Assembly (NCBI GenBank): GCA_965178125.1 | Contig: OZ237746.1 | Location: 248,001 to 312,000, forward strand | DNA: 64,000 bases | Reading direction: 5' to 3' | DNA from: Bilabrum cf. latius | Taxonomy: Eukaryota | Part shown: one piece after another, positions 26,725 to 40,386 of the stretch | Layout: each line of letters starts with the position of its first letter | Numbering within the stretch: position 1 is the first letter of the stretch | Notes under the pieces: generated by a model | Databases searched by the model: none | Told to the model about the DNA's origin: nothing | Seen by the model: only the letters and a program-made list of their open reading frames with translations | Position numbers and translations under genes: made by a program

Positions 26725-29700
26725 TTACATAAACCGACTGAACAATTCAACGATGGCTGCGGCAACTTCAGCAATTTCCTGACTAGCTTGCGTATCAACG
26801 GCACACATCATTCGAATGAGCGTCGCAGACATTGCGCCGGATCGCGCCAGAGCCTCCTGTACTTTGGCAGGACCATGCACGATGTGCTGAACTAACAGGC
26901 TCGCAAGTGTGGATACGTCTTCGGAACCGCTTGAGTTTGAAAGAGCGAAGAGCCTAGGGAGTCCATCAGCCTCAATGGTGGCCACTGCGGCTTCAGCATC
27001 ATCTGAAACAAGGTTGCACAAGAGACCACACGCGAACGTGAGACTGACTATCTCGTCATCCGCGTCCAACTGTCTAACGAGCAACGGCACGGCACCGGCA
27101 GCAACAACTGCCCTTTTCATCTGACGGTCGTCTTTGCAAAGGCAGGCTATAGATGAGTACATGGATATGGAGCAACCAGGATCTTCATGGCACGTGTGCT
27201 GCAGAAGGATCGGCAGGGCGTTTGCAGCCAGGATGCTCTCCTTCAACGACCTGTCTGGTTCGTGGCATACGGCCAAAAGGACTCCTGCTAGTTCACAATG
27301 GGAGATGCAGCTTTCAGAACCACGTTGATCTGCAGCAATGTGTACAATGTCGCTACCACGGAGAGCTTCTACCGCACGGTCACTCCTACCAGCGAGCTGA
27401 TAGACGGCCACGCAAGCCGCGTGGTTTGCTTGGGGGCGCGCTGCTGGGTGCCGCATCAGAGTCAAGAGTGAAGCAATCGCACCAGACTTCACGATCGTAT
27501 CGCTTCTCGCTGTCGCATCGGACTCATCTCCATCGCAGGTCCTGGCAAGCTATGCGATGCACAGGGCGGCAAGCTCGGCGTGTTCGTCACGCTCGCTTGC
27601 GAGCAGCTTCAAAAGCGAAGGGAGTGCGCCTGTATCCAACACTGCCTGCTTACACTCGATTGATCCAGCCGCAAGACTGCCGAACATTGATACTGCTGCT
27701 CGAACCAGCGCTTCATCCGTAGACCCGAGCTATGCAGCAAGTGCGGGCAAGGCCCCGGATCGAGCAACCGCAGCCTACAACGTTGGATGGCCTTGCACCA
27801 CCCACTCAAAGAACAAACTAGCCGATGTTACCACGCCCTTGTCGTCCGACGAAAGCAGTTTGACCATGCCAGGGATAGCACTTCGACCCCCGATGTCCAG
27901 CTCTAGCGATTTGGACTCGCGAACTGCTGCACCGAGAATGTCTGCAGCCATGCCGGCGACCTGGCACGTTTCAGAGTCCAGCATCGTCACGAGGCAAGGG
28001 AGCGCACTACTCTTCTGGATCTCGGGTAGCACTTCCTCCGAGAGCAGGTGCGTGTAGTGCTGCAGAGCTTCCAGCGCATATTGCGTTGCTGGGCCATCTG
28101 TCGGAAATAGCTACTTGGCCATTGCTTCAACTAGGCCAAGAGATAAAGCTGTCAAGAATTGATACTTGCACTCTTTGCCTGCCTCAGCTAACACGTTTCG
28201 GATAATCTCGCAAGCAGACGTGGCACAGCTGCCTACGGTTGAGGCGATGTTAGGGATCATCTCAGCAATGATGCCTGAGTGAGCTAAGGCGATACATGCA
28301 CTCTTGGACCCACTCGTTAGGCCAACCATCATCTGCAAGAAACGTTCGTTTGCGCATGCATGCCCATGATCTTGGTCAGTCGTCCCATCTTGTGTCTAGG
28401 GAGAGTCCGAAGGGGAACTGCCCACGCTCACAATGTCGCCGGGAATATCCTTGTCGCGCAACAGGCGCGCCATCCGAGGCATCACAGTGGAAAAAGTAGC
28501 GGTCTTGCCCATGGATGTCCCGAATTGACCGAGGCAGAGCAGCACCAGGGAAGCTCGTTTAGCGACGGAATCATCAGGCTCTGATCGGACGACTCTCGTC
28601 ACTGCTGGCAGTGCTCCGGCTTCGATGAGGGGTTGCAGCGATTCAACAGGCCCTTGCGACAAACGCAAAAGAGCAGCCAATGCGTGCATACGCCCCCGTC
28701 CTTCGCTTCTCTTGAGCACCTCTACGACGGGTGGTACGGCACCAAGCTCTACTGCCATTGCTCGACGGCTCTCACACAGCGTGGTCATCTGCGCGATACA
28801 TGTGGCCGTCAGATCATGTATTGGGCGGGCGTCATAACTTGCAAGTGTCTCAACGAGTGCCGCTAGCCCACCTTGTGCTACCACCGGCCCGGTCAGAGCC
28901 GGGTCAGCTAGCAGTAGCTCGTGTAGAAGAACGATTGCTGCCTTCCTGCAGGGGTTGCAAGACGCTGTCAGGTGTCTGCGGAGTATTGGAACCCCGCCTC
29001 CATCTACCACCACGTGTGCCCACTACCTGTCAGCGCAAAGCTGTTGGCTCAAGAGGCAAAGCGTGGGTAGGCTTATGACTTTATCGCTTGCAAGCAGGCG
29101 CACCAGAGCTGTAGCACCGTCTCTAAGTTGGTCTGATCCGGCTACTTTTGGCAAACTAGGAGACAAGATCCGGATGTTAAGACTTGCCACAATCTGAGCG
29201 AGAATTGACGTCTCCTGCTCTGCTCTTGCGTCGACATCTTCGTACTTCTTCACGAGTCCCACAAGACGTGTAATGGCTCCTTCTGACACGATGGCTTTGC
29301 AAATAGCTTCCCTTGTGGCCTCATCGCCCGATACCAACAGGGTGCAGATGCATCCGGTACACCTTTCCAACTCATCATTATCGTGCGAGTACAAACGAGG
29401 CAAAAGTGCTGGCAAGACACAACCTTCTGCCACTGCTGCTGGGCTGCCTGTTCGCAAGAGATGCCTTAGTGCCAGCCACGCACTGCGGACGATGTCAGCT
29501 TGGTCTGTCTCCAAAAGCGCAAGCAGTGCTGGAAGTGCCCCAGCATCGATCAGCTCACCAGCAAGGCTGGGATGCTCTGGAATGATTTCGGCAATCGCAT
29601 CGCACGTGGCGCGTGTCGCGTTTGCTGGGCCAGGTGCAAGATTCTGAAGAAGTATTGGCACCATGCTCACGTTCGCGACCGCATCAATAGCATCCTCTCT

Positions 29701-31065
29701 GCCAAGACAAGCGATGTATATCAGAGTGTGGACGGCTAAGCGAGCGAGTTTCTGGTCTCCAGCTTCTATGATGCTCTGCAGCGCTGCAACGGCACCTGCC
29801 TCTGCCAGCACGTCAGCAGCGTCACCTGAGCGGAACATTATCATGACCAACATCCGCAGCGCTGGCTCTACTGCATTATATTGCGAATTGAATCCGGCAC
29901 AATGAGTGAGCCCTGCAGCAATGCCGACCAGTTCGACTTTGCTTACAATGATGCGGTCGAGCTCAGCTTGACAGGCCACGATGACTGATCGCGAGGTATT
30001 CTTGCAGCAGCGGAACAGCAAGTAATAGACACCATCTTGAAGCTTACGCGCACGAAGCTGTTTGGCGATTCTATGGATTGCATCGCCTCCATTGACAGCT
30101 TCCTTTGCAGCTTCACAGGTGTCCTCGATGCTCTGCCTCATGAGCTGGGAGAGGCCTTCGTCCCCCTTTGGACGCAGGGCGGAGCAGAGCATCCGAACAC
30201 AGATCTCGCTCATTCCAGGAGGCGCCGCCGAGAGGCCCATTCCGGCTTGTTTGATTAGTGCGGGGATGCCAGCCTCTACCGATGGCCCGCCGGCAGCTAT
30301 AGCCTGGTAGCCATCTGCGTCGGCACCCGTGCCAGCACCTGCGGGAAATGGCGCGGCATCCGCAGATGAACCACCCTGCAATACGTGTACTAAGCACTCG
30401 AGAGTGCTTCCAAGCGCGATGGCTGCCAGTCTGGCCTGTTCTGCCTAGTCAGTTGCCGGCTGGCCACTCGCGCTGGGAGCCGATGTGCCTTCGCGATCGC
30501 CGCATGTCTCCGATGGGGTAGGCACTGCGTGTGACCGTGGACCATTTAAAGTTGTAGTGCAATGTGGCAATAGCACAGCCCTCCCGGCTCTGCCCACGCC
30601 ACTGCCTTCGTTCTCCTCCGTCTTCCACATGACGTGGTCCAGGCTCAGCCGGCTGAGATCCACCCCGTGCTGCATCAGGTGGTGCGCGCCCTCTGCGATG
30701 TCGCTGGCAATGAGAACTACTTCAGTAGTAGTGACTAATCCGAAGACTTGCTTGATGTTCTCCAGATGCTGCCTCAGGGTGCACTCGATCCGCTTGGTCA
30801 CGACTACCCTGGCCCTCGCAGGGATCGATGCCTCGTCCTGTGCTCCACCGGATGCGGCTCCCTTGGAGCTGGTTGATGAACGCATCTCCGAACCTGTTAA
30901 AAAGTGTCTCCTCAACCACTTGGGGACGCTTGTTGCCTTGTCGAAGAGGACACTGGCGACGTTGGGATGCTCGGGAACTCGCCCAGGCTGACCGCTTGGC
31001 ACCGTGGCTCCATTCAAGTTGGCTGCACCAGTGTCATCACCGGCGTTGATCTTGTACATTCCCAT
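26725..31065 (-). CDS. Pseudokinase-like N-terminus + armadillo-repeat protein, paralog C (>=1446 aa; both ends uncertain)
   Basis: Fragments 30445-31065, 29023-30381, 28396-29013, 28111-28338, 27775-28032 and 26725-27492 are in frame. PEHPNVASVL...ASDIAEGAHHLMQHGV. Frame stays open upstream to ~31251 without an ATG. The terminal TAA overlaps a GTAAGT that could be a splice donor. Confidence 0.78.
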
Positions 31066-31680
31066 CGTTAGATCTATTTGCTAGGCCTTAGGTTCTGATG
31101 ATCTTGCCGAGCCGCTCGTTGGGCTGCCGATGTCGACAGTGAGGTGAAGCAGCACGGCATCTCCTAGCTCTGTTAGCACCTTGCTATGCCAAGATGGCAA
31201 TTCTTGCGCACGCGATTCGAAAAAAAATCCATAATGACCTTGACTGCAGCTTCAGTTTACATTATCTGCGGTTTTGGCTGTATAGAAAACGATACATTGG
31301 GTGCTCATTGTTCTCGATCGGCGATCCGATAACAACAGGCATCAAGTGACAGGATCGTAAATTTGGAGAGTCAAATAGCTACAATAGTATATGTACAATT
31401 GGTTTGTACAGATCGTTGCTATCGTCTTACCTGCAGGCTTATGCAAGAAGTGCAAAGAAGAGATTACCCCCCCCGCTACGGTAATAAATAAATTTATTCC
31501 CTTCGGTTAAGGATGATTAACATCATCAATAGTTCCAGTCCATCAGAGCTAAAGCTCTTCAGTCCGTTCCACTCCTTTTGGAGCTAGTCGCTCCAAAAGT
31601 CAAGGTGATACTCTTCATACTGCTACTTCATATAACTGCTTTATCCTTCTAATTATATAAAATCAATTTAATATAAAACT

Positions 31681-31809
31681 CTATACGATGACCATATCCA
31701 TAAATTGCGTATTAGTATATGTAAGTTCTAATCAAAACGTGGATGTAGCCCTCTTGTGAAGGTGTTATGGGACTCTAGCCATTTTCTAGCCAAAAGTTCC
31801 ATCACTTTA
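31681..31809 (+). repeat. Dispersed ~130-bp non-coding repeat with inverted arms, copy 1 (others at 33011-33146 and 46291-46425)
   Basis: Shared blocks ATACGATG, ATATCCAYAAATTGCGTAT, AAAAYGTGGATG and AGTTCCATCACTTTA at near-constant spacing. Confidence 0.9.
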
Positions 31810-32172
31810 TGGGACTCCATTATTCAACCTTCTAAACTACCTTCATTATACCCCCTTATCCTCGCTTATACCTTCACAAATGGAACAAACGCGCAACAGC
31901 AACTCGCTACACTCGTCATCGTCAAAATGAACCTGAACCTGAATATTGGAGTTCAGCATTTCTTAGGAAATATGAGGGTCTAACCAACAGGATTTAATAT
32001 TAAAGTTTAAACCTTTATTAAGGGTGTATATGTTTTTAAGTATTAATCTATGCCTATACATCACATAACCCCCTTCATAACCCTAGCCTATAGGCAGGGA
32101 TAACCCCCACATAACCCCCCCACCTCTAAGCGTTTTTTTAAAACTCAAAAATTATAACTTAGTATTATAGAT

Positions 32173-32943
32173 ATGAACTTTAATAATTATGTCATTGAAA
32201 ATCCCGTCCTAATGAAGCAGATTTATAAGGCTACAGACCATATTACGGATAATACACAGAAAATTTTAGAGACCATTACTACGTATGTAGATTTAGGTGG
32301 TAAGTTTTCAAAACCTAAATTAATTAATAAAAATATAGTTAGTGATATTAAAGAGAAAAAAGCCGTCAAAAAACCCAAGAAAGAAGAGAAACAGAAGATA
32401 CAACACGATAATAACGACCAGCTTGAAATTAACCAAACATACATTCTAGATAAATTTAATGACTATAAACCACAGAATAATAAAATTTATAATGATGTAG
32501 ATGATTTACAACCGCCAGAATTAATTAGATAGACCGCAATAGATGAAAAATTAACCGGTATGGAGCCTGACAGTGAAAGTGAAATAAACAGCGTTAGTAC
32601 CGAACAAGACTAGATAGAAGCAGAAAGTGATGATGAAATGATACCTGAGGAAGAGAAACAAATAATAGGAGACCTGGAAAGGCTAGAAGACGGAGACTAT
32701 AGGTATAAAGTGTCCGTAAATGGAAATGATGTATTTTTTGGTGAAATTAATTTACCCGATGTAGAGGCTCTTAAGAAATAGTTTAGCCCTCGTAAATTAC
32801 AAATTATGATTTGTAAAATTAAAAGAAATTTTAATATTAATAATAGCGATGATATCAACAGCCCTGAGTTTTGGAATAGCCGGGTATATTTGACCCTTGA
32901 TGTGAAGGCCGAACACGAAAAACTACAAGATATCTATAATTAA
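32173..32943 (+). CDS. Viral hypothetical protein (256 aa); acidic middle, C-terminus resembling a degenerate Tlr6F-like domain
   Basis: Reads through TAGs to TAA 32941-32943; YKVSVNGNDVFFG...SPEFWNSRVYL resembles the C-terminus of 42484-43191. Confidence 0.65.
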
Positions 32944-35850
32944 AAGCCCCTACAACTTAATAAACGGGCTAGAATTTAATAAAATATTTTAATATAACCG
33001 CTATATTAAAATCTATACGATGGCTATATCCACAAATTGCGTATAATTATATAGTATTTCTAGCAAAATGTGGATGTAGGGCCTCTTGTGAAGGTGGTAT
33101 GGGACCTTAAGATAATTTTAAAAAATAGTTCCATCACTTTAGAAGGTGTTAAAATACACCATTCATATCACAATCTATTTTTTAGGGCTAAATGGCAAAA
33201 ATCACCTTTTACCTTCATTAATTATTATAGCCCCTTTAAGCCCTCTATAATTAAATATGGCGTTTAAAATAGTTTAAAAATATATTTCTAATAATATATA
33301 TAGAAAATGAATAATAAAAACCTTGTAAGTTTCCCCATCAAGCACAATCAAAAAATACCCGATGTTAAAAGTTGGCGATATCTCACCAAACCCGAACCTA
33401 AACGATTTAATAATCAGAATATGGCTATTATCACCGGAGAAATTAATAATATAACCGTGTTTGATATTGATTCATATAAATGGAGCGATAAGAAGGAGCA
33501 TTTATTCATCAAGAAATTTTCAGATGACTTTGTGAAGCGGTTCAACACATTCACGGTTAAAACAGCGGGTGGAGGGTATCATTTATATTTTAAATATGAT
33601 TAGAATATATTAACTACCACCAATAGAGATATTGACGTTGATATTCGTAATGATGGGGCTTATGTAGTGGCACCACCAAGTGGCATAAATGGGTCAAAAT
33701 ACGAAGTTATTAATAATGTAGAAATAAAAAAATGTCCTAAGGAGCTTTATAAATTTTATGAAAAGTATATTATTAAATCCTCTAAGAAATCCAACGTAAA
33801 AGGGGCGAGTAAAAGGATATCAAAAATTGATAATCAAGATGTGAATAACTGTATGATGAAATTCATTCTAAATGGTAAAGACTGGTCAATTATATTAAAT
33901 AGATTAGATAAGAAATATTTAAATAATTATAGTGATTGGTATAAAGCAACCCTAGCGAGTAAATATTTAGGATTTAAGAAGGAATGGTAGGAGTGGAGCA
34001 AGAAGGGCAATAAATACGACTACCACAAAAATAACAAGGTGTGGAACTCTATCCATTATTTTGATAAGTTAAAAACCTTTAATTTAGTTAATTCAATAAT
34101 TTAGAATGATAAAAGTTTAAAGGCATTTGTGAAGGATAAGTATATTTCAAAGTGTTATTATCGTCCTTATGACGAGAATATTAACGGGTATACAGAAATT
34201 AATAAACCTAAGTTAGATGATATAGAGAAGCCCGAACGCTTTTTTAAATATGAATATAACTATGTGGTAAAAAGTGATACAGGAACAGGTAAAACAACAG
34301 CATTTAAGAAGTATATTAAACAGGTTCAAACGCCGTTCTTATCCATTGTGTCCCGTGTATGTTTAGGCACAGAGCAATACGAGAGCTTTTTAAATGAAGA
34401 TATTAAATGTGAGTTCTACCAGAATAAAGATTTTGATTTTGGATAGTCTCTTATTATTACGCCGGAAAGTATCCCCCAAATTGTGAATTATGATTTTTCT
34501 AAATACATCGTATTCTTGGATGAATTCAATAGCATTATAGAGCATATATTAAGTTCTACCACGATGAATAAAAATAGGGTTCTTGTATTATTTATTATTT
34601 TAAAAATGATAAGGACGTGTAAATAGTTTATTGCTGTAGATGCTGACATATCCCAGATAGCGATGAAATTTTTAAAATGTGCTGGAGTAGAATTTAGCTT
34701 CATTAAGAATAAATATAAGCATTTTAAGGACGTAAAAGTATATTTTGAAAAAGACCAATAGAAATTTTACGATAAATTAAAAAGTGAAGATATATTTATA
34801 CTGGCGTGTGATAGCAAGAAGAACGCAGATACATTTTATAAAATGTTATGTAAAGATGGTATAGAGGACGTTAAATTAATTACTAGTGATTTATTACCTG
34901 ATGAAGATGTGAGCTTAGATAAATATGATAAAATTATATTTAGTCCTAAAGTCATTTACGGATTAGATAGTGTAATGGAACGCCCAGTGTATGGATTATA
35001 TAAAGGAAAAACGATTCTACCGCCGTAGATGATGTAGCAACTGGCAAGATGTAGAAATCCCGAATATATGAATATATATTTTGAAGATGTAAAATCCATT
35101 TATCCAAGATATGAGAATTTAAAGGAGGTATAGACGACCTTAAATATGGAAATTAACGCATAGACAGATTTATATACTAAATTAGAAAAATACGAAAAAA
35201 GGATAATGTAGGAGAATGATATTGACATTGATATTTTTGAGGGAGAAGATGATGAAGAGATAGCCCATAAAGCAATGATAGAGGCATCATATAAGGTTTA
35301 TTTACCACTCAAGAAATTATATAATTTCAAATGTGATACATACGAAACAAATAAATATATTCATTTATAGCTTATTCTTAAAAACAGGGGTGCCGATGTA
35401 TAGGTGGATAAGGAATTACCACAACGAATGAATAAATAGCAGATGAAAGAGGCGACAATGGAGATACTACAAGAAAAGATTGATTCAGTTGATGTAGAGA
35501 ACGACCATATAAAAAGAAGAATTGAAATTTTAGGGCTACCAGAGACAGCCATAACGGAGGATATTAAAATGTTATTAATTGATAATTACAAATTAATGAA
35601 TTATTTTAATTATGCTAATTTCAAGAGAAAAGATAAATATAAACTAATGACAGAATTAATGATCCTAACGCCGGATGGGGTTCGGTGTTGATGCCAGAGT
35701 GGGAGCGCGTGAACGTCTCGTTGGGTTCCGATGGCGGTTGCGACCGGGAAGGTGCGACCAAGCCAACGGATTGCTTGCGATGACGCGCATACCCTCTCTG
35801 TGTTCAGGAGAGGGGCGGAGATTGGGTAATTTCACCGACTGGCAGCTTCG

Positions 35851-38800
35851 ATGCACTCATCCCCGCCACCGGTCGACGCTCTACCCGCTCATCAGCCACC
35901 CCGTGAACCTCCTGTCTCATCTTCTGCCTCACCGCAGCCTGCGTCTTCAATTGACCCAGTTTCACCGGGCGCAGGCACGGCAGTGGACTCCGCGGTCGGT
36001 CGCTCGCAACCAGTGGAGAATTTGTAGCGTGAGGCCTCTGCACCTTCAATCGCTGCAATTCGAATGCAGAATTGGTTTTCTGATGATTTCTTGGCAACGT
36101 TGACCTCGATCTTTCGCCAATCCGCGTTCATGCCGCGGTTTTGCTAGGCTGACGCGCTTCATTTGGACGCTAGCGGCCGCGATTTCGCTGCCGAACTGGC
36201 CCGTGCCCTGTTTGGTCAGGCTGTGACGAGAGCCAAGATTGAATCGGCTATTTTCTCGTTCACGAGCCGGCTTCATGCAGCTCTGCCGATGAGCAATGCT
36301 AGTTTTGGGAAGTTTGATGCGTCCAACTCGGAGTCGTCTGCTGCAGGCGGACGAGACAAGTAGGTACCATCTAGCGAGTTACTATGCACTATTTACTCGG
36401 CTATTTCCTTTGCTTTAGGCTGTGTGCTTGTGCGGGCTGCTTGCGTGCATTCGACGGCGTCCTTGCCGTCCTGGTTGCCGCAGGGCAGCAGCTCGTGGTA
36501 GTGTCCAGCATCACTAGTGCCCGATTGGAAAACCTTAGGGCAGGTTCGCAATGATTTTCTTCGTTTAGTTAGTGCTTCCGGGGCATCATCTGCATCGGCG
36601 TCCAGACTAGAGGTGGTGTTTGCCGCTGTGTGTGTGATACCACGCGGAAGTTCAGCTTTTGAGATGCTCTCATCCCATGCTTGGCGCCATACAGGCGAAC
36701 GCTGTGACGTTGAGATTCGTGACCTTGTTGGGAATGAGATTCCATCTTGCTCTTCTGGCGACTGCATGCGTCTCCTACAATTGCTGCATCCGTGGGCCAC
36801 TGAGGCATGCAGATCAGGCGAACCTGGCCTCGTGCGCGGACTGCTACAGGGAGTCCAGGCTGACATGCAGGCGCCGTCCCGTCGAGCAGCACTGTCCCGT
36901 CACTTCGACCCCCGCGGGGGCAGTGGAGGCCGGGGCAGTGGAGGCGGGGGCAGTGGAGGCTCCAGGCACAGCGGGGGTGACAGCGACCAGCCCAGTGCCG
37001 ATCGTGGCGGAGGTCGACACCGTCGAGGCCGTGGACGTGGCGGTGCAGGCCAGCAAGGTGGCCAGCACCAGCGTGCGGACCGGCAGGACGGGGGCTCCAC
37101 CAGGAAGTCCAAGGAGCCTTCACCTGACCCCCCCCCACGAGGTACGTCACGTCAGAGCCAGCCCAGCACTCCAACACCAACACTGCCGCAGGGGCGTACG
37201 CAGACTACCACCACATCGGACGCGTGTGCTGCTTCCACACCACCTGTCACGTCAACGCCCGCGCTTCACCCAGTCCTGGTGGCCCTAGCGCGCCCTAAGC
37301 GACCGCAGCGGCCGCCCACGGCGTCATCCACGAGGCTGCCAGGTAGGACGGACATCTCTCCAGCATTCGTTGACTGGGCATATCCAGCTCCGGATCCAAG
37401 CCATGAGTGGGCAGGGACGACAGCACCCTCCGTCGAGGACTTCATACAGCGAAAGGACGATCACCAGCGTACCAGAGAATGTCCCGGCGAATTCGTGGAG
37501 GCTCCAGCTGCGACGTGGGACCGTGAGCGGCTCCACCTGAAGGTTCACGACGACCCGCTGGCATTCACGCCACGCAAGTACTTCGACAAGGTGCCTCGCT
37601 AGACTGCAACACTGCGGACCCGGCGGGAGGTTCTGTTTGGCGGCCGCACACCGAGGAAGGCCCCGTCCCTTGCCGAGTTTAAAGCCCTCCCACGAGTCGA
37701 GCGTGTACTGGCAGCACTGAACTATGGTTGCCCCCTAGCCATCGTGGACGAGGTGCCCAAAGAGCACGATCTAGACTACAAGGACCGTAAGCTGTCTCCG
37801 GAAGAAAAGTGGGAGATCGCCTGCGAGATCGGGCGCTCCATGCGGGCTGGCGAGCGTGACTTCGTGTCACCCAAAGATTTCGACACAGCCCGGGCCCGGC
37901 CGCTGGTGATCCCCAAGAAGGACTCGACAAAGCTACGGTTCCTTCAGGACTCCTCACTCAAGGTGAACGGCCAGCGTACCGGTCTGAACAAGGCCATCGA
38001 CTACAGTGCAGCCACGCCTGTGCAGCAGACGAGCAGCATGGACGTGCTGCGCTCGGCAGCCGCAGCAGTTCGATCCTGCCCCAAGCGTGCCAGCGGATAC
38101 GTCGTCGACATTTCCTCGTACTTTCGGGTCCTGCCGGTGGCAGTGGAGGATCTCCAATACAACCTGATCAAGCTGCCCGACGGGCGCATCGTGCAAGATT
38201 TCAGGCTCTCTATGGGCAGCTCATCATCTCCCGCATTCGCAACTACGATCAGTTCGGCTTTGGCCCAAGCCCTCGAGGAACAGTCCATTGGCAGGGCCAT
38301 GCGACCCGGACGGAGACACAAGCAGAAGCAACGACGCCGGAAGCAGCAGCACGCCAACGCCCAATCCAGCACGACGGACCAGGCGCCCCAGGCGAACTCG
38401 TCAGCAACGTCCACCCCGCCTGCCGCTAGCACGACAACGGGACATGTCAAGACGGCCCAAGACTAGTCCCGCCATTGGTAGGTCGAAAATGAGGTGTTTG
38501 TAGATGACTTTGCCTGCCTCGGCGGAGATCACGAAGTCGATGCATGGGCAATTCGAGCCATGGGGCAGCTGGACTCCACAAACTTCCCCGTCAGCATCTC
38601 GAAAGCATTGAAGCAAGGGGCCCCAGCCCCGGTATTCGAGTACTTGGGCCTCACCTACGACTTGATCAAACACGAGGTGCGGTGCCCTAAGGACAAGGCC
38701 AACGACGTCCTGCGCAGACTGCACGAGGCACTCACGACGAAGGGGATGCTGCTGTCTAGCTTTGAGACCTTGGTCGGCAAGTTGTCCTTCCTGTCGGGCG

Positions 38801-40386
38801 CACTTTATGGTATGCGCGGTGCTCTACGTCCCCTGTATGACGCCAAGGGCTGGGCCCTTCACAAGTAGGCCAGCCGGTCACGACCAGGTGAGGTGTGGGT
38901 CCCCACCTCCTTTGTGTCCAAGGGTGGCTTCACAGTTGGGGAAATCCTCGAGGGATTCCAGGTGGCTATCCAGCGCAAAGGCGGGCGCAGTTTTCCGATG
39001 CGGGGCACCATTGACTGTCCCATCCTTCGCACTGATGCGTCGGTGACAGGCTACGGCGCCGAGCTGCTTCTCCACGACAAGGACGGCAACATCACTTCGC
39101 ACACCGGCATCCAGGGCACTTGGCCGCATCGCCTAGAGGCGAAGGATGTAGCGGCGGCAGAACTTGCAACATGTTTGTTGGCACTGGCGCATTGGCGACA
39201 GCACCTGCGTGGACGTGTGGTGCGTTTGTGGTGTGATAATGATGCTTCCGTGTAGCTGATACGCTACGGCAGACCCAAGAGCCACATCATGGCAGCCTTA
39301 CTTCGCCCTATCTTCGTACTGCAGACAACGCAAGATGTGCAGATTCACGTGAAACACATTCCTGGCGAGGACAACGTCGTTGCGGACGCTTTGAGCCGCG
39401 GCTCACAGGAGGCATACACGCACCTGGACGCGGTGTATCCGGTCAACTGTCCCACGCCGATCTGGAACACCTTGTCCAAGCACGACCATTTCACGCTGGT
39501 GGCCACTCTGGACTCAGTGGGTTGCGCACGGCGTGGGGGCACTTCGACAACTTCCTCACGTGGTACGACATCGACCGCAGCTTCATGGACGGGCATCTTC
39601 CAGCAGCTCGCAGACTCTTCGCGTTCAGGCTCAATGCAGCGCTCTCGAGATTCGCAGTCTTCTTAGGGGAATGTTCGCCTCTCAGTGGCGGCACCATCGC
39701 TACATACACCAGAAATGCCTAGCGAGTCGTCATCGAGTCCACAGGAGCGTGCGGCGTCCCACGGTCAAGCTAGCTCGACAGCATCCTCCGGTACTACCAC
39801 AAAGCATCGCCATCGGCGCACCCGTTGCGTCGATCTTCAGCCCCACTCCGCGCAATCCGACGGTGTTTCTCGACAGCCGGTTGCAGCACAACAGAGTAGG
39901 CTGCTCGGGCAGCTGTCTGTCTCTGCTTCTGTGGGGGCCTCCGGCTGGGAGAGCTCGTCGGTGCGTCCAGACGACAAGCCGGCCTCCAATGGCAGCAAGT
40001 GCAGTTCATCACGCGAGACGGACGCATCCATGGTGTTGCCATCCGCCTGGGCCTCCACAAAGCCGACGGCCCAGCCAAGTTCTCCATCCAAGCCGCAGAG
40101 CCCATCGCAGTCCATTGCAGAGCCGGACGATGGGCAGTCACAGGCAGCAGGTTCTGCGGCGTGCGAGCCTTCGTGGCGTGGGCAGCAGCGAGCCACGCCC
40201 CAACTGCAGGCGCAGACGAAGACTACGCCCGGTAGCTGGCGCTCAGCTGCCCCACGTCAGGGCCAGTCTTCGTGGCGAACACGAAGCCGATCGTCAAGGC
40301 GCAGGTAGTACGGGCGCTCCGCAGCTTCTGCTCACGAGAAGTTGCAGGAGCGGTGCACGGACATTCCATCCGCATCGCGGCAGTGA
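35851..40386 (+). CDS. Ngaro Gag-like + reverse transcriptase + RNase H polyprotein (single frame, ~1511 aa)
   Basis: ORF fragments 36163, 36517, 37744, 38494, 38893, 39289 and 39685 are all in one frame, joined by TAG. RT: KLRFLQD, YVVDISSYF, LSMGSSSSP, FVDDF, EYLGL. RNase H: TDAS, AAEL, WCDN, HIPGEDNVVADALSR. Ends TGA 40384-40386. Confidence 0.85.

Noticed and set aside
26047-26895. 282-aa plus-strand ORF
   Set aside because: Antisense to the end of ARM paralog C and intergenic DNA; no recognisable motifs.
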